The notes beneath the pieces are model-generated. The model searched no databases and had not been told where the DNA came from. It saw only the letters and a list, made by a program, of their open reading frames with translations. From the NCBI GenBank assembly GCA_963821525.1, contig CAWGED010000019.1:224001-288000 (forward strand): DNA of 64,000 bases. Direction: 5' to 3'. Origin of the DNA: an uncultured Gemmatimonadales bacterium. GTDB taxonomy: Bacteria > Gemmatimonadota > Gemmatimonadetes > Gemmatimonadales > GWC2-71-9. Position 1 is the first letter of the stretch; every line of letters starts with the position of its first letter. Shown here one piece after another: positions 7,928-18,626 of this stretch. Both the position numbers and the translations under genes were made by a program.

Positions 7928-9649
7928 CTACACGCCCGTAGTCCCCTGCCCCAACCGCTCCAGCTCCGATTCGACCAGCTTCGCCAGCTCCTCGATCACC
8001 CCGACATCGAAGGTGAATTTCGCTCCGGCCGCCTGATACAGCTCGGGCAGCGATCGGGTTGCGCCAAGCGCCAGGGCCGAGCGGTATTGGCGCACCGCTT
8101 CAGCGGAATTCTGCATGCTGTTCCGCCAGACCTGGAGCGCTCCGATCTGGGCCAGGCCGTATTCGATGTAGTAGAAGGGGTGGAGAAAGATGTGGAGCTG
8201 GCGGTACCAGCGGGCCACTCGTTCCTGTTCGAGGCCCGACCAGTCCACCCCCCGCTCGAAGCGGCTGCGGATCCGGAGCCACGCGGCGTCTCTCGCGTCC
8301 CGGTCCCCGCCCTCACCGCTGGTGTAGAGCCAACTCTGAAACGCATCCACCGACGCGACGTGCGAGAGCGTCAGCAGCACGTCTTCCAGGTGCTCAATCC
8401 GGGCGCGCCGGAAGTCTTCGGCATCGAAGAATCCCCCGTCCTGCCGATCCAGGTAGGGCGAGGCGAGCAACTCCATCGACATCGACGCCAGCTCGCACAT
8501 CTCGAGGCCGGGGTGGCGCAGCCAGATGAGCGGCTGGCGCCGTGCGGCAAAGGCGTGGAACGCGTGTCCGCCTTCGTGCAGCAGGGTCGATACGTCCTCG
8601 AGGACGCCAACCGCGTTCATGAAAATGAACGGCCGCCCGCGATAGTGAAGCGTCTCACAGTAGCCGCCTGGCGCCTTGCCTTTGCGGGAGTCGAGATCCA
8701 GCAGCTGTTCCGCCATCATGGTCCTGAACTCGGCGCCGCAGGCCGGTGAGACGCGCTCAAAGACGTGGCTCGTGCTCTGAATGAGCTGTGCCGCTGATTC
8801 AAACGGCCGGATCGGAGGGCGGCCGTCGGGGTCGGCGCCCACATCCCAGGGGCGCAGCTTGTCGAGTCCCAGCCGCTCGGCCCGCCGGCGCATCAGGCGT
8901 TCGACCGCAGGGGCGATCACCGCCTCGACTGCCTCATGGAAACGGCGACAGTCCGCCGGGGTGTAGTCGAAGCGGCACTTGGAGCGGAAGGCGTACTCTT
9001 CAACGTTGGGGAATCCCGCATTGGCGGCGATGCGCGAACGCAGGTCGAACAGCACGTCGAAGATGTCCATCAGCTGGGTTCGCTGCTCGAAATAGGCGCC
9101 GGCACCCAGCCGGAAAGCCCGCTCCCGTACCTCACGATCGGTGCTCTGGAGGAAGGGCTGGAGTTGCGGAATGGTCTTCTCGCTCCCATTCCATTGCACC
9201 GTCAACCCACCGGTCAGCTTCTGATAGCGCGCGCCGTACTCCTCGACCTGGGTCATGAGGGGCACGTTGGCTTCGCGGAAGATTTCGATATGGGTTCGGA
9301 ACTGGGCCAGCGCCTGCTCCAGGTCGGGGTGGCTGTAGCCGCTCTCCACCAGGCGTCGGGCGAGCTCGACTCCCTGCTCATCCGCCCGCGGGATGACCAC
9401 ACCGGAGAAGCGGAGATGGCGCGCCTCCTTCACCTGATCGGTCGTGTCGGAGGTATAGGCAATCATGGCGAGACCTGCGGCCTCACTGAGCACTTCCTCC
9501 AGGCGTGACCAGTCTGCGAGCCACGGCTCCATCCCTTCTTGCGAAAGCGGGCGTATTGCCAGCTCCCTGTAGAAGGGCAGGACGTCGTCCCAGTTTGCCT
9601 CGATGAACTCGTCTGGTGTCAGACTGCTGATGGGGCGTTTCGGCGGCAT
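7928..9649 (-). CDS. pepF: M3B oligoendopeptidase F
   Basis: RKGKAPGGYC, HEGGH zincin motif, ELASMSMEL, HPFYYIEY. Confidence 0.9.
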   Translation of the reverse strand: MPPKRPISSLTPDEFIEANWDDVLPFYRELAIRPLSQEGMEPWLADWSRLEEVLSEAAGLAMIAYTSDTTDQVKEARHLRFSGVVIPRADEQGVELARRLVESGYSHPDLEQALAQFRTHIEIFREANVPLMTQVEEYGARYQKLTGGLTVQWNGSEKTIPQLQPFLQSTDREVRERAFRLGAGAYFEQRTQLMDIFDVLFDLRSRIAANAGFPNVEEYAFRSKCRFDYTPADCRRFHEAVEAVIAPAVERLMRRRAERLGLDKLRPWDVGADPDGRPPIRPFESAAQLIQSTSHVFERVSPACGAEFRTMMAEQLLDLDSRKGKAPGGYCETLHYRGRPFIFMNAVGVLEDVSTLLHEGGHAFHAFAARRQPLIWLRHPGLEMCELASMSMELLASPYLDRQDGGFFDAEDFRRARIEHLEDVLLTLSHVASVDAFQSWLYTSGEGGDRDARDAAWLRIRSRFERGVDWSGLEQERVARWYRQLHIFLHPFYYIEYGLAQIGALQVWRNSMQNSAEAVRQYRSALALGATRSLPELYQAAGAKFTFDVGVIEELAKLVESELERLGQGTTGV

Positions 9650-9701
9650 GGCCGGCTGATCTGGTCCCCTCGGCTACCGGCCGGTGAGTGTGGTTAGAGG
9701 A

Positions 9702-11682
9702 CTAGCTGCTGCTTTCATCTGTCCCGACCATGGCGCGTTGGTGATAGAGATAGGCCAGACCCAGCGAGACCAGACCCAGGATGAACGCCGACCCGACCCG
9801 ATACAGGGCGTCGAGCGACGAGAGGTCAGAGAATACCACCTTCAAGACCGCGATGCCCAGTACGCCCATGCCGGCCTGCCGCAGGACCTTGATGGAACGG
9901 CGGAACCCGGCGGCGACCAGCCCGCCTGCGAACGCGATCCACCAGGCGCTCACCGAGAGACCGCTCGCAAGGTTCGCGGTCTGATCGTCCAGCGAACTCT
10001 GGTCGAACAAGGTAATCAGCTCACCGGTGACGCCCAGCCAGACCAGCACCCCGCCCAGTAACCACAGGAGAGCCCGCCCGTTCATTCCCCGGAGGAGTCG
10101 GGCTTGTGCCGTACCGCTCTTCAGCAACCCTGCCGCGAGAGCGAAGACAGTGCCGCAGGTGGCCCAGAGCGCTAAAGCCCAGGGACCGACGAAGGCACGC
10201 TCGGTATCGTCACGGCGGGGAAGATCATCGCCGACAAGGTGAGTCAACGCGAGCGCCAGCGCGATCAGAGAATACCAGCGTCCGTCATCGCGATTCAGCT
10301 TGTGATCGGCCGCGGCCCAGATCAGGGTGAGCGCCAGCAAGGCCCAAACCGCGGGTAGACCTGTCCATTGGTTCATCGCCGCGGCCGCGAGGGCCGAGGT
10401 GCCGACCATCGCAAACGCACGGCGAGGAGTGCCGTAGCCAACCAGGAGGTAGGGAATCCCGATGATAGCCGCGATGAGTCCCGGCTGGTGGTCGAACAAG
10501 TCTGGAGCAAACCCGTGGAGCGCCCAACCGAGGAGAATCGGGGTGATGTAGAAGTAGAACGTCTCCCCGATCGAGATCCGCGGCCCACCGGGAGCGACGG
10601 TGAACCCGGGCGCCCAGATCCCCGAAGCGCGCCAGGCCCGCCACCAGACCGGGGCGGCGAGAACCAACCCACCCAGCGCGGTCATTCGATGCGAGTCGGT
10701 GAGCTTGTCGTCGGCAAGGCCGAGGATACCCCATCCGCCGGCGAAGGAGAGGAGCCGCGTCTCCCACCAGCCTTCGCGTAACCCGACGAAGAGTCCGGCA
10801 GCGCCGCCCAACAGCGCGTAGGCGAAGAGCCACGTGGTCGCGGCCTCGCGCAGGATTCCCGAGGTGGCGATGCCGAAGTAACTCAGCGCAACGAGGAAGG
10901 TCGCGATCCTCCAGTGCCGCTGGGCGGAGACCCAGCCGAGGCCTATGGCCATCGTGGCGAGATAGAGCAGAAGCGCGTTGACGCTCCCCGTCTCCTTGCC
11001 GAGCAGGATCGGAGCGAAGAAGGCACCAAGTACGGCGGTGGCTCCCAGGGCCTCGCGATTGATCGCGTAGGCCAGGAAAGCGACGGCCACCGACACCAGT
11101 GCGAGTCCCACTATGCCGGTGAAGGGCGGAAGGAACCCGTAGAGGCGAGTCGCGGCCCAGACCGCGAGGTAGACAATCGCTCCGCCGGCGCCGATCAGTG
11201 CCGCGCCATAGGTCCGGAGGCCCTTCTCATGGAGCCTCCATCCGATCGCTCCCACCGCGACGCCGGCGAGCGCTCCTCCGCTGCAACGGACGAGCGGCGA
11301 GATCCAGCCCCGATCGAAAGAGAGCTTGAGCAGGAATCCCGCGGCCACGACGACGAAGATCACGCCGACCGCAAGCAGGCCGCGTTGCCCCAGCCACTGT
11401 TCCGAGTCGGTCTTCGCGCGACGGCGCGGAGGAGCAGAGGGTGCAACCGAGGGCCGCTCTGGTGTGGAACTGGAAACCCAGGGAATCGCTGGTGGAGGAG
11501 GCGCTGCATGCTCCGGAGGTGGTTCTGCGGCTTCCACCGGCCGTGGCGGCTCGAAAAGGCGGGCGCTCGACGGAGGCTTCTCTCGGGCTCTCGGTGAGGG
11601 CAGCCCCGGCCAACTGACGGACCAGCCGCTCCAGCGTCGCGACGCGCTGCTCCAACAGCTCGAACCGCTTGTCGGTGCTCAC
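9702..11682 (-). CDS. DUF2339-type polytopic membrane protein (frameshift near 11550)
   Basis: GTG start at 11682 with AGGAGG RBS and coiled-coil N-terminus (LEQRVATLE), continuing in ORF 9702..11537. EQWLGQRGL and KVVFSDLSSL...YRVGS are family-like. Confidence 0.75.
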
Positions 11683-11700
11683 GTCAGACCCTCCTTGTCG

Positions 11701-13701
11701 TCAGACCCGAACCCGATCCAGCGCCTGGTGGAACTCCTCTGCCGTCTGCCAGCGGTCGGCCGGCTTCTTCGCGAGTGCCTTGAGGATCAGCTCGGCGAAG
11801 GCAGGTGGGAGGCCGGGAACCATCGTGCGGGGATCCGGCGGTGTCTCCTGCACCTGCTTCAGCAGAATCGAGCCGAACGATGTCGCGTTGAACACTCGCT
11901 TGCCGGTCGCGCATTCGAAGAGCACGGTCCCCGCGGCATAGAGATCGGCCCGGCCATCAACCGATTCGCCCATCAACTGCTCCGGCGCCATGTACTCCGG
12001 CGTGCCGATGATGCTGCCCGAGGCGGTGAGCTGGTCGCGCGGCTGGCGGGCCTCCATCAGGCGAGCGATTCCAAAATCCATCACTTTCAAGAAACCTTGA
12101 GCATCCAGCACCAGGTTGGGCGGCTTGATGTCACGATGAACAATGCCCTGGGCATGCGCGACCTCAAGCGCCCGGCAGAGCTGCCGCCCAATGGTCAGGA
12201 TCACGCCGAGGGGCAGCGCTCCCCGCTGGTCGAGCAGCTCATCCAGCCCGGTGCCCTCGACGTACTCCATGGTGATGAAGTAGGTGCCATCCGACTCGCC
12301 GAGGTCGTGGGTGCGCACCACGTTGGGGTGGGAGATTTTGCGGGCGAGCCGGATTTCCTGCTTGAAGCGCTCCAGCAGATGGGCATCGCCGAGCAGGCCG
12401 GGTTGCAGAGTCTTGATCGCGATCTGCTCTTGCAGCTCCCGGTCGAACGCGCGATAGACGACGCCCATTCCACCCGCGCCGAGCTGTTCCCGTATTTCGT
12501 AGCGATTGGCGAGCACCGAGCCCGGCATGAGCTTGCTTGGAGTGTGAACCGCGGAACTCGGCGAGGACACCGAGACGGTGCGGCTGCCACTCGTGCCGCC
12601 CAGGAACTCGACCAGCCGCTGCTTCTCCCGCAACTCGACCAGCATGCGCTGGAAGGCTTCGGCCAGCTCGCCGATCTCGTCGTGGGACTTGATATCGAGG
12701 TTACCCTCGTAACGACCCTCGGCCACTTCCCGGGTCATGTCCACCAGTTGGCGCAGGGGACTCGTGATCTGGCGGGCGAGGATGAGCGAGATGATCAGCG
12801 CGATGCCGAGTGCGGCGAAGAACGCGTAAACGATCGAGCGCTGCAGCAAGGTGAAAGGCGCCAGCTCCGCCTCGCGGGCGCGCAGACCGGCGTACTCTCC
12901 CACCGTGACACCGGAAGCGGTCTGGAGCGGTCCTACCGCCGCCATCCAGGTCATTCCCCCTGCCTTCACTCCGAGTCGCTTGGGAACACTGTCGGGAGCC
13001 GTTCCCTCGGCGGTACGCTTGCGCAGCGCCTCGTCGAGCGTACCGGCGGGAAGGGTTGATGCCGCGACCCGTGGAACCCCTAGCGTATCGAACGCGATGA
13101 ACACGACTTCCGAAGCAGTCTGACGTTTGAGCCGGTCGGCAAACCCCGTGTCGATCGCCAACGCCATGACCAGGGCGCCGACCACGGAGCCGCTGGGAGG
13201 GACCAACGGGACGGCGATCGCCTGAAACAATGAGTCACCAGCAGGAGTAGACTCCACCCAGATTCCCTGCGTCGGAGTGCCACCTAGTGCCTCGCCGATC
13301 AGGACGCTGTTCCCGAGTGAATCGCCGAATGCCGTAGCCGAGCGGGTCGAGGCCTGCAACACGCCGGCCTGATCGGTGATCATCGCCCAGGCTGCGTCTC
13401 CCTGCTTGCGGAACTCATCGGCCTGGTCCAGGAGATCGGCGCGATTGACGATGTGGAGCGCTTTTTCGATGCGAGAGATATTGGTGGGAAACTGGGCCAG
13501 CACCCGTGACGACTGCTGCAACGCGTGACTCCGGCCCGCCAAGGCATCGTCGATCGCCGACTGAGTCGCCTGGAGACCGCGGTCAATCGCGGCGTCGGCC
13601 GCCTGGCTCGCGCGAAGCCGGATCAGCGCCAGCGCGCCGCCCAGGATGGCGACCACCAGGAGGACGATCGCCAGGAAGAGTTTGAGGCCCAGGCCTCGCA
13701 A
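11701..13701 (-). CDS. Membrane Ser/Thr kinase: TM, periplasmic Cache-like sensor, TM, HAMP, kinase
   Basis: Two TM helices, HAMP (ITSPLRQL...DEIGELAEAF), GAGGMG, IAIK, HRDIKPPN, DFG, GTPEYMAPE. Confidence 0.9.
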   Translation of the reverse strand: MRGLGLKLFLAIVLLVVAILGGALALIRLRASQAADAAIDRGLQATQSAIDDALAGRSHALQQSSRVLAQFPTNISRIEKALHIVNRADLLDQADEFRKQGDAAWAMITDQAGVLQASTRSATAFGDSLGNSVLIGEALGGTPTQGIWVESTPAGDSLFQAIAVPLVPPSGSVVGALVMALAIDTGFADRLKRQTASEVVFIAFDTLGVPRVAASTLPAGTLDEALRKRTAEGTAPDSVPKRLGVKAGGMTWMAAVGPLQTASGVTVGEYAGLRAREAELAPFTLLQRSIVYAFFAALGIALIISLILARQITSPLRQLVDMTREVAEGRYEGNLDIKSHDEIGELAEAFQRMLVELREKQRLVEFLGGTSGSRTVSVSSPSSAVHTPSKLMPGSVLANRYEIREQLGAGGMGVVYRAFDRELQEQIAIKTLQPGLLGDAHLLERFKQEIRLARKISHPNVVRTHDLGESDGTYFITMEYVEGTGLDELLDQRGALPLGVILTIGRQLCRALEVAHAQGIVHRDIKPPNLVLDAQGFLKVMDFGIARLMEARQPRDQLTASGSIIGTPEYMAPEQLMGESVDGRADLYAAGTVLFECATGKRVFNATSFGSILLKQVQETPPDPRTMVPGLPPAFAELILKALAKKPADRWQTAEEFHQALDRVRV

Positions 13702-13711
13702 GAGCGGCGAC

Positions 13712-14401
13712 TTAATACCGGCGGCTCCGGTCGGAGTAGGACCTGCCGTTCTTGTCCTTGTGCTGCACTAAACGATAGCCGCGGGCGTCCAGAGTCAACG
13801 CCAACGGCGCCGTACTACTCTGCGTCACCTTGAGCGGACTGGTCACCTCGGGCGCTCGTTCGTGCCAGGCGTGCAGGATGTAGTCCCCAGGCGGTACTCC
13901 GGCCATGCGAAAGGTCCCGTCAGCCCCCGGCTGAGCGTACAGCGACGTCTCCTGTACTACAACCAGACCCCGCATGCTTGCGTGCACATTGCAGTACACC
14001 TTGATGACGCCGGCCCGGTCGAAGCGCACCGACTTCGCGGTCCCGCGCCCATACAGTCCCAGATCGAATGGATCCTCGGGTGAAACCGAGAAGACATTGT
14101 GATTGAACGGATCGTGATTGGGGAAGGCGACGGTGGAGCCGCGGGGTACCACGATCAGCCGGGGCACGAATTGCTTATCCTCGGTCGCGATCTCTACTGT
14201 AGTGGGAGTTCCGGCCGGGGCTTGATCGCCGGTGAGCCACAAGACAGCCTGGCCTACATCGGAAGGACGATCGCTGTTGTCGAGGAGGGTCACCTGCCCC
14301 GTCACGGTTACGCCCTGAGCCAAAAGGGGTACCTTCCCTGCCGAGATCGCCAGGGCCACTGGTACGATCCAAATCCCAAATGACCGGCGTATCTTACGCA
14401 T
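13712..14401 (-). CDS. Exported cupredoxin-like / carboxypeptidase-regulatory-like protein
   Basis: Signal peptide; FPNHDPFNHNVFS and YCNVHASM give a His/Cys/His/Met type-1 Cu ligand set; C-terminal GTFRMAGVPPGDY. Confidence 0.8.
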   Translation of the reverse strand: MRKIRRSFGIWIVPVALAISAGKVPLLAQGVTVTGQVTLLDNSDRPSDVGQAVLWLTGDQAPAGTPTTVEIATEDKQFVPRLIVVPRGSTVAFPNHDPFNHNVFSVSPEDPFDLGLYGRGTAKSVRFDRAGVIKVYCNVHASMRGLVVVQETSLYAQPGADGTFRMAGVPPGDYILHAWHERAPEVTSPLKVTQSSTAPLALTLDARGYRLVQHKDKNGRSYSDRSRRY

Positions 14402-14408
14402 TGTTCAT

Positions 14409-14438
14409 AGCTTAGCCCCTCGACCCGAGGGGCGTCAA
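14409..14438 (-). promoter_or_regulatory. Sigma-70 promoter with a dyad in the spacer
   Basis: On the - strand: TTGACG, 18 bp, TAAGCT, 7 nt, ATG. Palindrome GCCCCTCG-ACC-CGAGGGGC at 14415-14433. Confidence 0.55.
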
Positions 14439-14466
14439 CCGGGAACCACAAGGCGGTTTTCCACTT

Positions 14467-15627
14467 ATGAAGAGCGCGACCCTCAGAGCGGTCTGCCTTT
14501 CTTGCGTCGTCGCGACCCCGCTCTGGGCCCAGGACAATCCCAAGCCGGAAGTGGATCTCAAGGTGATGGTCCTGATGAACGGCTTCTACACGAGCGGAAA
14601 GACCAACAACGTCGACTTGCCGCAGGTGGCTGTGCCTCCGAGTGCCGGGGACAGTTTCCCGGCCGACGGACTGGGTGCCACGATACGGCAGAGCCGGGTA
14701 ACCGCTCATGGCTTCCTGGCCGGCGTTGCAGGTGGAGACTTCAATGCGGAACTGGACGTGGATTTCTGGGGTGGACAGCAACCCTCGAACGGCGGACGAA
14801 CCTTCCCGCTGCTGAGAATCCGGCGGGCCTGGGCTCAGATGACGTGGGACTGGTTCAATGTTCTCGTGGGCCAGGAGGCGCCGCCGATCGTCGAGCTGAA
14901 TCCCTCCTCGCTCGCGAGTATCGGGCTATCCTCACTCTCGGCTTCCGGAAACCTCTGGCTCTGGATTCCTCAGATCCGGCTGACCGGAGATCTCCTCACC
15001 AGCGACAAAGGGAGACTGAGCCTCGAGGCGACGGTGTTGGCTCCAACAGGATATGAGGCGCAGGGCGCATTCCTGACCCAACCCGACGAAGCCGAGGCGA
15101 GCAAGCGGCCCTATCTGCAGAGCCGAATTCTCTACCGCTGGGGCGAGGGGGATCACAGTGGACAAGTCAGCGTCGGCGGTCACCTCGGCTGGTTCGCGAC
15201 GACGGGAGATTCGCTGCTGGATTCGAAGGCGGCGGCATTCCTGCTCCAAGCCCCGATCGGTCGCATGGTGGAGATCCGGGGCGAGGCCTTCGTCGGCCAG
15301 GCGGTCGCGGGACTAGGAGGCGGCGCGATCGGACAGAACTTCGGGTTGAATGGCGTGCCGGTTCGGACCAATGGCGGATGGGGACAACTTCTGGTGAGAC
15401 CTTCGCCCGGCTGGGAAATCGGGGCGAGTTATGGAATAGATGATCCCAAGGACGACGACCTGGATATCGCGACGCAGCGGCTCAAGAACGAAACTGTGGT
15501 CGGCGAGATCCAATGGCGCCCCGCCCCCCTCATCCTCGGCATCGAGTTCCGCCACATCGCGACGACGTATGGTGGCGGGACGGAGACGGCGAACCACGTG
15601 AATCTTGCGCTTGGTGCGGAGTTCTGA
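14467..15627 (+). CDS. Outer-membrane beta-barrel / porin (DcaP-like)
   Basis: Signal peptide, RQSRV...ELDVDFWG...LRIRRAWAQM pattern, alternating strands, C-terminal Phe. Confidence 0.7.
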   Translation: MKSATLRAVCLSCVVATPLWAQDNPKPEVDLKVMVLMNGFYTSGKTNNVDLPQVAVPPSAGDSFPADGLGATIRQSRVTAHGFLAGVAGGDFNAELDVDFWGGQQPSNGGRTFPLLRIRRAWAQMTWDWFNVLVGQEAPPIVELNPSSLASIGLSSLSASGNLWLWIPQIRLTGDLLTSDKGRLSLEATVLAPTGYEAQGAFLTQPDEAEASKRPYLQSRILYRWGEGDHSGQVSVGGHLGWFATTGDSLLDSKAAAFLLQAPIGRMVEIRGEAFVGQAVAGLGGGAIGQNFGLNGVPVRTNGGWGQLLVRPSPGWEIGASYGIDDPKDDDLDIATQRLKNETVVGEIQWRPAPLILGIEFRHIATTYGGGTETANHVNLALGAEF

Positions 15628-15639
15628 GTAGCGGGCGTC

Positions 15640-15722
15640 TAGCTGTTAAGCTGTTAGCTCGTAAGCTGGCTAGTCGCTCAGCGACGGCTAATGGCTAATA
15701 GCTCACGACTCGCGACTCACGG
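15640..15722. repeat. Degenerate heptamer arrays around a small hairpin
   Basis: TAGCTGT/TAAGCTG units, GTCGC-TCA-GCGAC core, then GGCTAAT x2 and GACTCRC units, between convergent genes. Confidence 0.7.
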
Positions 15723-15726
15723 CCGG

Positions 15727-16968
15727 CTAAGGCTTCTGGCTTACGGCTTCAACCTCCGGCACCGGCGTCTCCCCCGTATGCATCGGAATGTGATCCACGT
15801 GGAAGGCGAGAATGCTCACCAGCGCCACGATGACTGATCCGGCATAGAATGGCGCGCCGTGACCGATGTACTGGAAAAGGTTGGTTGCGAAGAGCGGTCC
15901 GATGATCCGGCTGATCCCCGCGTAGGTCTGCGCCACTCCCATCGTCGTTCCCAGCTCGTCCTTCTCCGAAACTCGTGACATCAGCGCCGTCGTCGAAGGG
16001 AAAAGGAGTGCGGTACCCACCGGCACCAGAGGAATGAGCAGGGCGAGCTGCCAGAGATTGCGGGCCAAGGGGTAGACGGCAAGACCCACGATCAGAAACA
16101 GGGCACCGAGCCGCATTGCGCGCGTCTCCCCAATCCGGTCCACGATCGGCCCCAGCACTGCCACCCGCATCACGATGTTGAGGAGCCCGGTATAGGTGAA
16201 GAAGAAGCCGATGGTCTTCTCGGTGACGCCGTGCTCCTCCTTCAGGAACAGCGCGAGGATAGCGGTGAGCGAGGTGAAGGCCAGCATTCCGATGCCGTAG
16301 ATCCACACATAGCGAGACACCGACCGTGTCGGGTGGCGCAGCACCATCCAGGCCGCGTGCCAGATCGGTTTGCGCTCCCGGGGCTGGGGGCTGGCCGTCG
16401 CCTTCCGGGATTCGGGGAGCCAGCGCCAGGCGAAGTACGCATTCGTCGCACAGAGCGCCGCCGCGATGAATCCGGGCCACGACCGGCCCAGATGAATGGC
16501 GAGCCCGCCGATTACCGGCCCAAATACCACACCCACATTGGTTGATGCCGAGAGCCATCCCAGCGCCTTGGCCCGATCGGAAGGCCGGACAGTGTCCGCC
16601 ACGTAGGCCTGCGCCACGCCCGTCGTCCCGCCGCCCGCGCCCTGAATCAAGCGAGACAGGAACAGCAGCCAGACCGTCGTGGCGAGCCCGAAGACGAGGA
16701 ACGCAATCGCAGAAGCGGTGAGTCCGACGACGAGCGCGGGTCGGCGACCATAGCGATCCGAGACTCGGCCCCACACCGGTGCCGCGATCAATTGGGCGAT
16801 GGAGAAGGCGCCGATCAGCCAGCCGATCATTACCGGTGATGCGCCCAGGTCAGTGGCGTAGAAGGGAAGGATCGGGAGCACGAGCATCAACCCGATCATG
16901 TCCACGAAATTGACCGCGATCAGCACCGAGAGGCGCTTGATCTCGGGAGTCATCCTGGGCCCGGTCAT
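15727..16968 (-). CDS. MFS transporter, TetA/DHA1-like
   Basis: Motif A WGRVSDRYGRRP, SRLIQGAGGG, about 12 TM segments. Confidence 0.9.
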   Translation of the reverse strand: MTGPRMTPEIKRLSVLIAVNFVDMIGLMLVLPILPFYATDLGASPVMIGWLIGAFSIAQLIAAPVWGRVSDRYGRRPALVVGLTASAIAFLVFGLATTVWLLFLSRLIQGAGGGTTGVAQAYVADTVRPSDRAKALGWLSASTNVGVVFGPVIGGLAIHLGRSWPGFIAAALCATNAYFAWRWLPESRKATASPQPRERKPIWHAAWMVLRHPTRSVSRYVWIYGIGMLAFTSLTAILALFLKEEHGVTEKTIGFFFTYTGLLNIVMRVAVLGPIVDRIGETRAMRLGALFLIVGLAVYPLARNLWQLALLIPLVPVGTALLFPSTTALMSRVSEKDELGTTMGVAQTYAGISRIIGPLFATNLFQYIGHGAPFYAGSVIVALVSILAFHVDHIPMHTGETPVPEVEAVSQKP

Positions 16969-18626
16969 CCCGACACCGCAGGGCGTTCACTGCCAAGCAA
17001 GAAGACGACGGCGCTCAACACCATCAAGAGAACTCCATAGGCCGCCGCGACACCGACGTCGCCCTGGCGCAGGCTGGAAAGGATTTCGAGTGACAGTGGA
17101 CGGGTGTCGTACGTGTAGAGGACAACCGAGGTGACAAAGTCTCCGAGTCCCGTAACGAAGGCGAGTGTCGCTCCGGCCGCGATCGCCGGCCGCAACAATG
17201 GAAGCGTCACCCGCCACAGAGTCCGCCACCTTCCCGCGCCCAGAGAGGCCGCGGCCTCGTCCAGCGAAGGATCGAGCGCGCGAAATCCGGCGAGGATGGA
17301 ACGGCTGCTGATGGGCAGATTCCGGACGAGATACGCGAGCGGAAGCAGCCAGACCGTTCCGATCAGCACCACTCGTCCCGCCAGCGGTGCGTGAACGCTG
17401 AACATCGTGGCCAGGGCGATTGCGAAGACCGTCCCCGGAACGACCCAGGGAAGACCCAGCGCCGCCTCGAGGGCGGGACCGAGCGGCGATCGCCGGCGGA
17501 CCACGAGCAGCCCCGCAGCGAGAGCTATTGCCAGAGCCACCAGCGTCGAACCACTCGCCATCCAGAGACTGTTGACGAGCGGGTGGAGCCGCTCCGGCTC
17601 GCTGAACAGAGCGGTGTAGTTGGATGTGGTGTAAGCGGGAGGGAGGAGTTGGGTGGTCCAGGTCCCGATTGGCACGAAGGACAGCAGCAGCAGGGTGAGA
17701 TGAGGCAGCAAGAGCAGCACTGCGAAGACCCAGCCTCCTACCGTTGCGGCCGCACGCGCCGCAGGACTTTCGATGTGCCGCCGCTCGGGAGCGGTTCCCT
17801 TCTGTCCTCGCGTCCCCGTCTGCCCCGCACTACCCCTCAAGAACCAGAGTCCCGCGAGCGCCACCAGGCTCAGCGCGACTGTCTGCACCATCGCCATGCC
17901 GTACTCGCCGTTGAGCCGGGTGAAGACGATTTGAGTCGGCATCACCCGGAACCCGCCGCCGAAGATGTAGGGGGCGCTGAAGGAGGCGAGTGCCGTCATG
18001 AAGGTGAGCAGCGCCGCACCCAGGAGCGAAGGGGCCATCAACGGGACCACCACACGCCGCATCAGGCGCCAGCGTCCCGCGCCGAGCGATGCCGCGGCCT
18101 CGAGCATGGCGGGGTCGAGCCGCGCGAGACCAGCACGGGTCAGCAGGTAGAAGTAGACGTACATCGAATAGGCGTGGACGAGCAGGATGGCCCAGGCCCC
18201 CTGCAGTCGCCAAGGCGCTTCCTCCAAACCAAAGACGGCCTGCACCAGTCGCGCGGCGAACCCCGTCTCACCGTACAGGAAGAGAAAGGCAACCACACCC
18301 ACGAGCGGCGGGAGCACCACGGGCAAGGCGACCAGGGCGCCCAGCACGCGCCGTCCAGGGAAAGTGAACCACTCGAAGAGAAAGGCGAGCGGAATACCGA
18401 TCAGGGCACAGAGGGCGACACTGGCCACCGAAATCCAGACACTGTTCCAGAGCGCATGCCACTCGCGCGGCTCGGAGACGAATCGCTGCACGTAGGCCAG
18501 GGTCCAGCCTTGCGGCGAATGGACGCTCTCGGTCAACACCAGGATGAGGGGATAGACGACGAGCCATACGACGAGCAGGAGCAGTCCGAGAGCCGCGAGG
18601 CGAGACCGGGAGGTGCTCGGACTCAT
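16965..18626 (-). CDS. ABC permease, FbpB-type double domain
   Basis: Two EAA loops (LEAAASLGA, DEAAASLGA). Confidence 0.9.
   Translation of the reverse strand: MSPSTSRSRLAALGLLLLVVWLVVYPLILVLTESVHSPQGWTLAYVQRFVSEPREWHALWNSVWISVASVALCALIGIPLAFLFEWFTFPGRRVLGALVALPVVLPPLVGVVAFLFLYGETGFAARLVQAVFGLEEAPWRLQGAWAILLVHAYSMYVYFYLLTRAGLARLDPAMLEAAASLGAGRWRLMRRVVVPLMAPSLLGAALLTFMTALASFSAPYIFGGGFRVMPTQIVFTRLNGEYGMAMVQTVALSLVALAGLWFLRGSAGQTGTRGQKGTAPERRHIESPAARAAATVGGWVFAVLLLLPHLTLLLLSFVPIGTWTTQLLPPAYTTSNYTALFSEPERLHPLVNSLWMASGSTLVALAIALAAGLLVVRRRSPLGPALEAALGLPWVVPGTVFAIALATMFSVHAPLAGRVVLIGTVWLLPLAYLVRNLPISSRSILAGFRALDPSLDEAAASLGAGRWRTLWRVTLPLLRPAIAAGATLAFVTGLGDFVTSVVLYTYDTRPLSLEILSSLRQGDVGVAAAYGVLLMVLSAVVFLLGSERPAVSG

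Noticed and set aside
11326..13059. Long antisense ORFs (also 25704-27194, 32205-33473, 33442-34737, 46580-47857, 48550-49890, 54711-55958, 56063-57439)
   Set aside because: They shadow well-supported genes on the opposite strand, have no motifs, and are expected in high-GC DNA.
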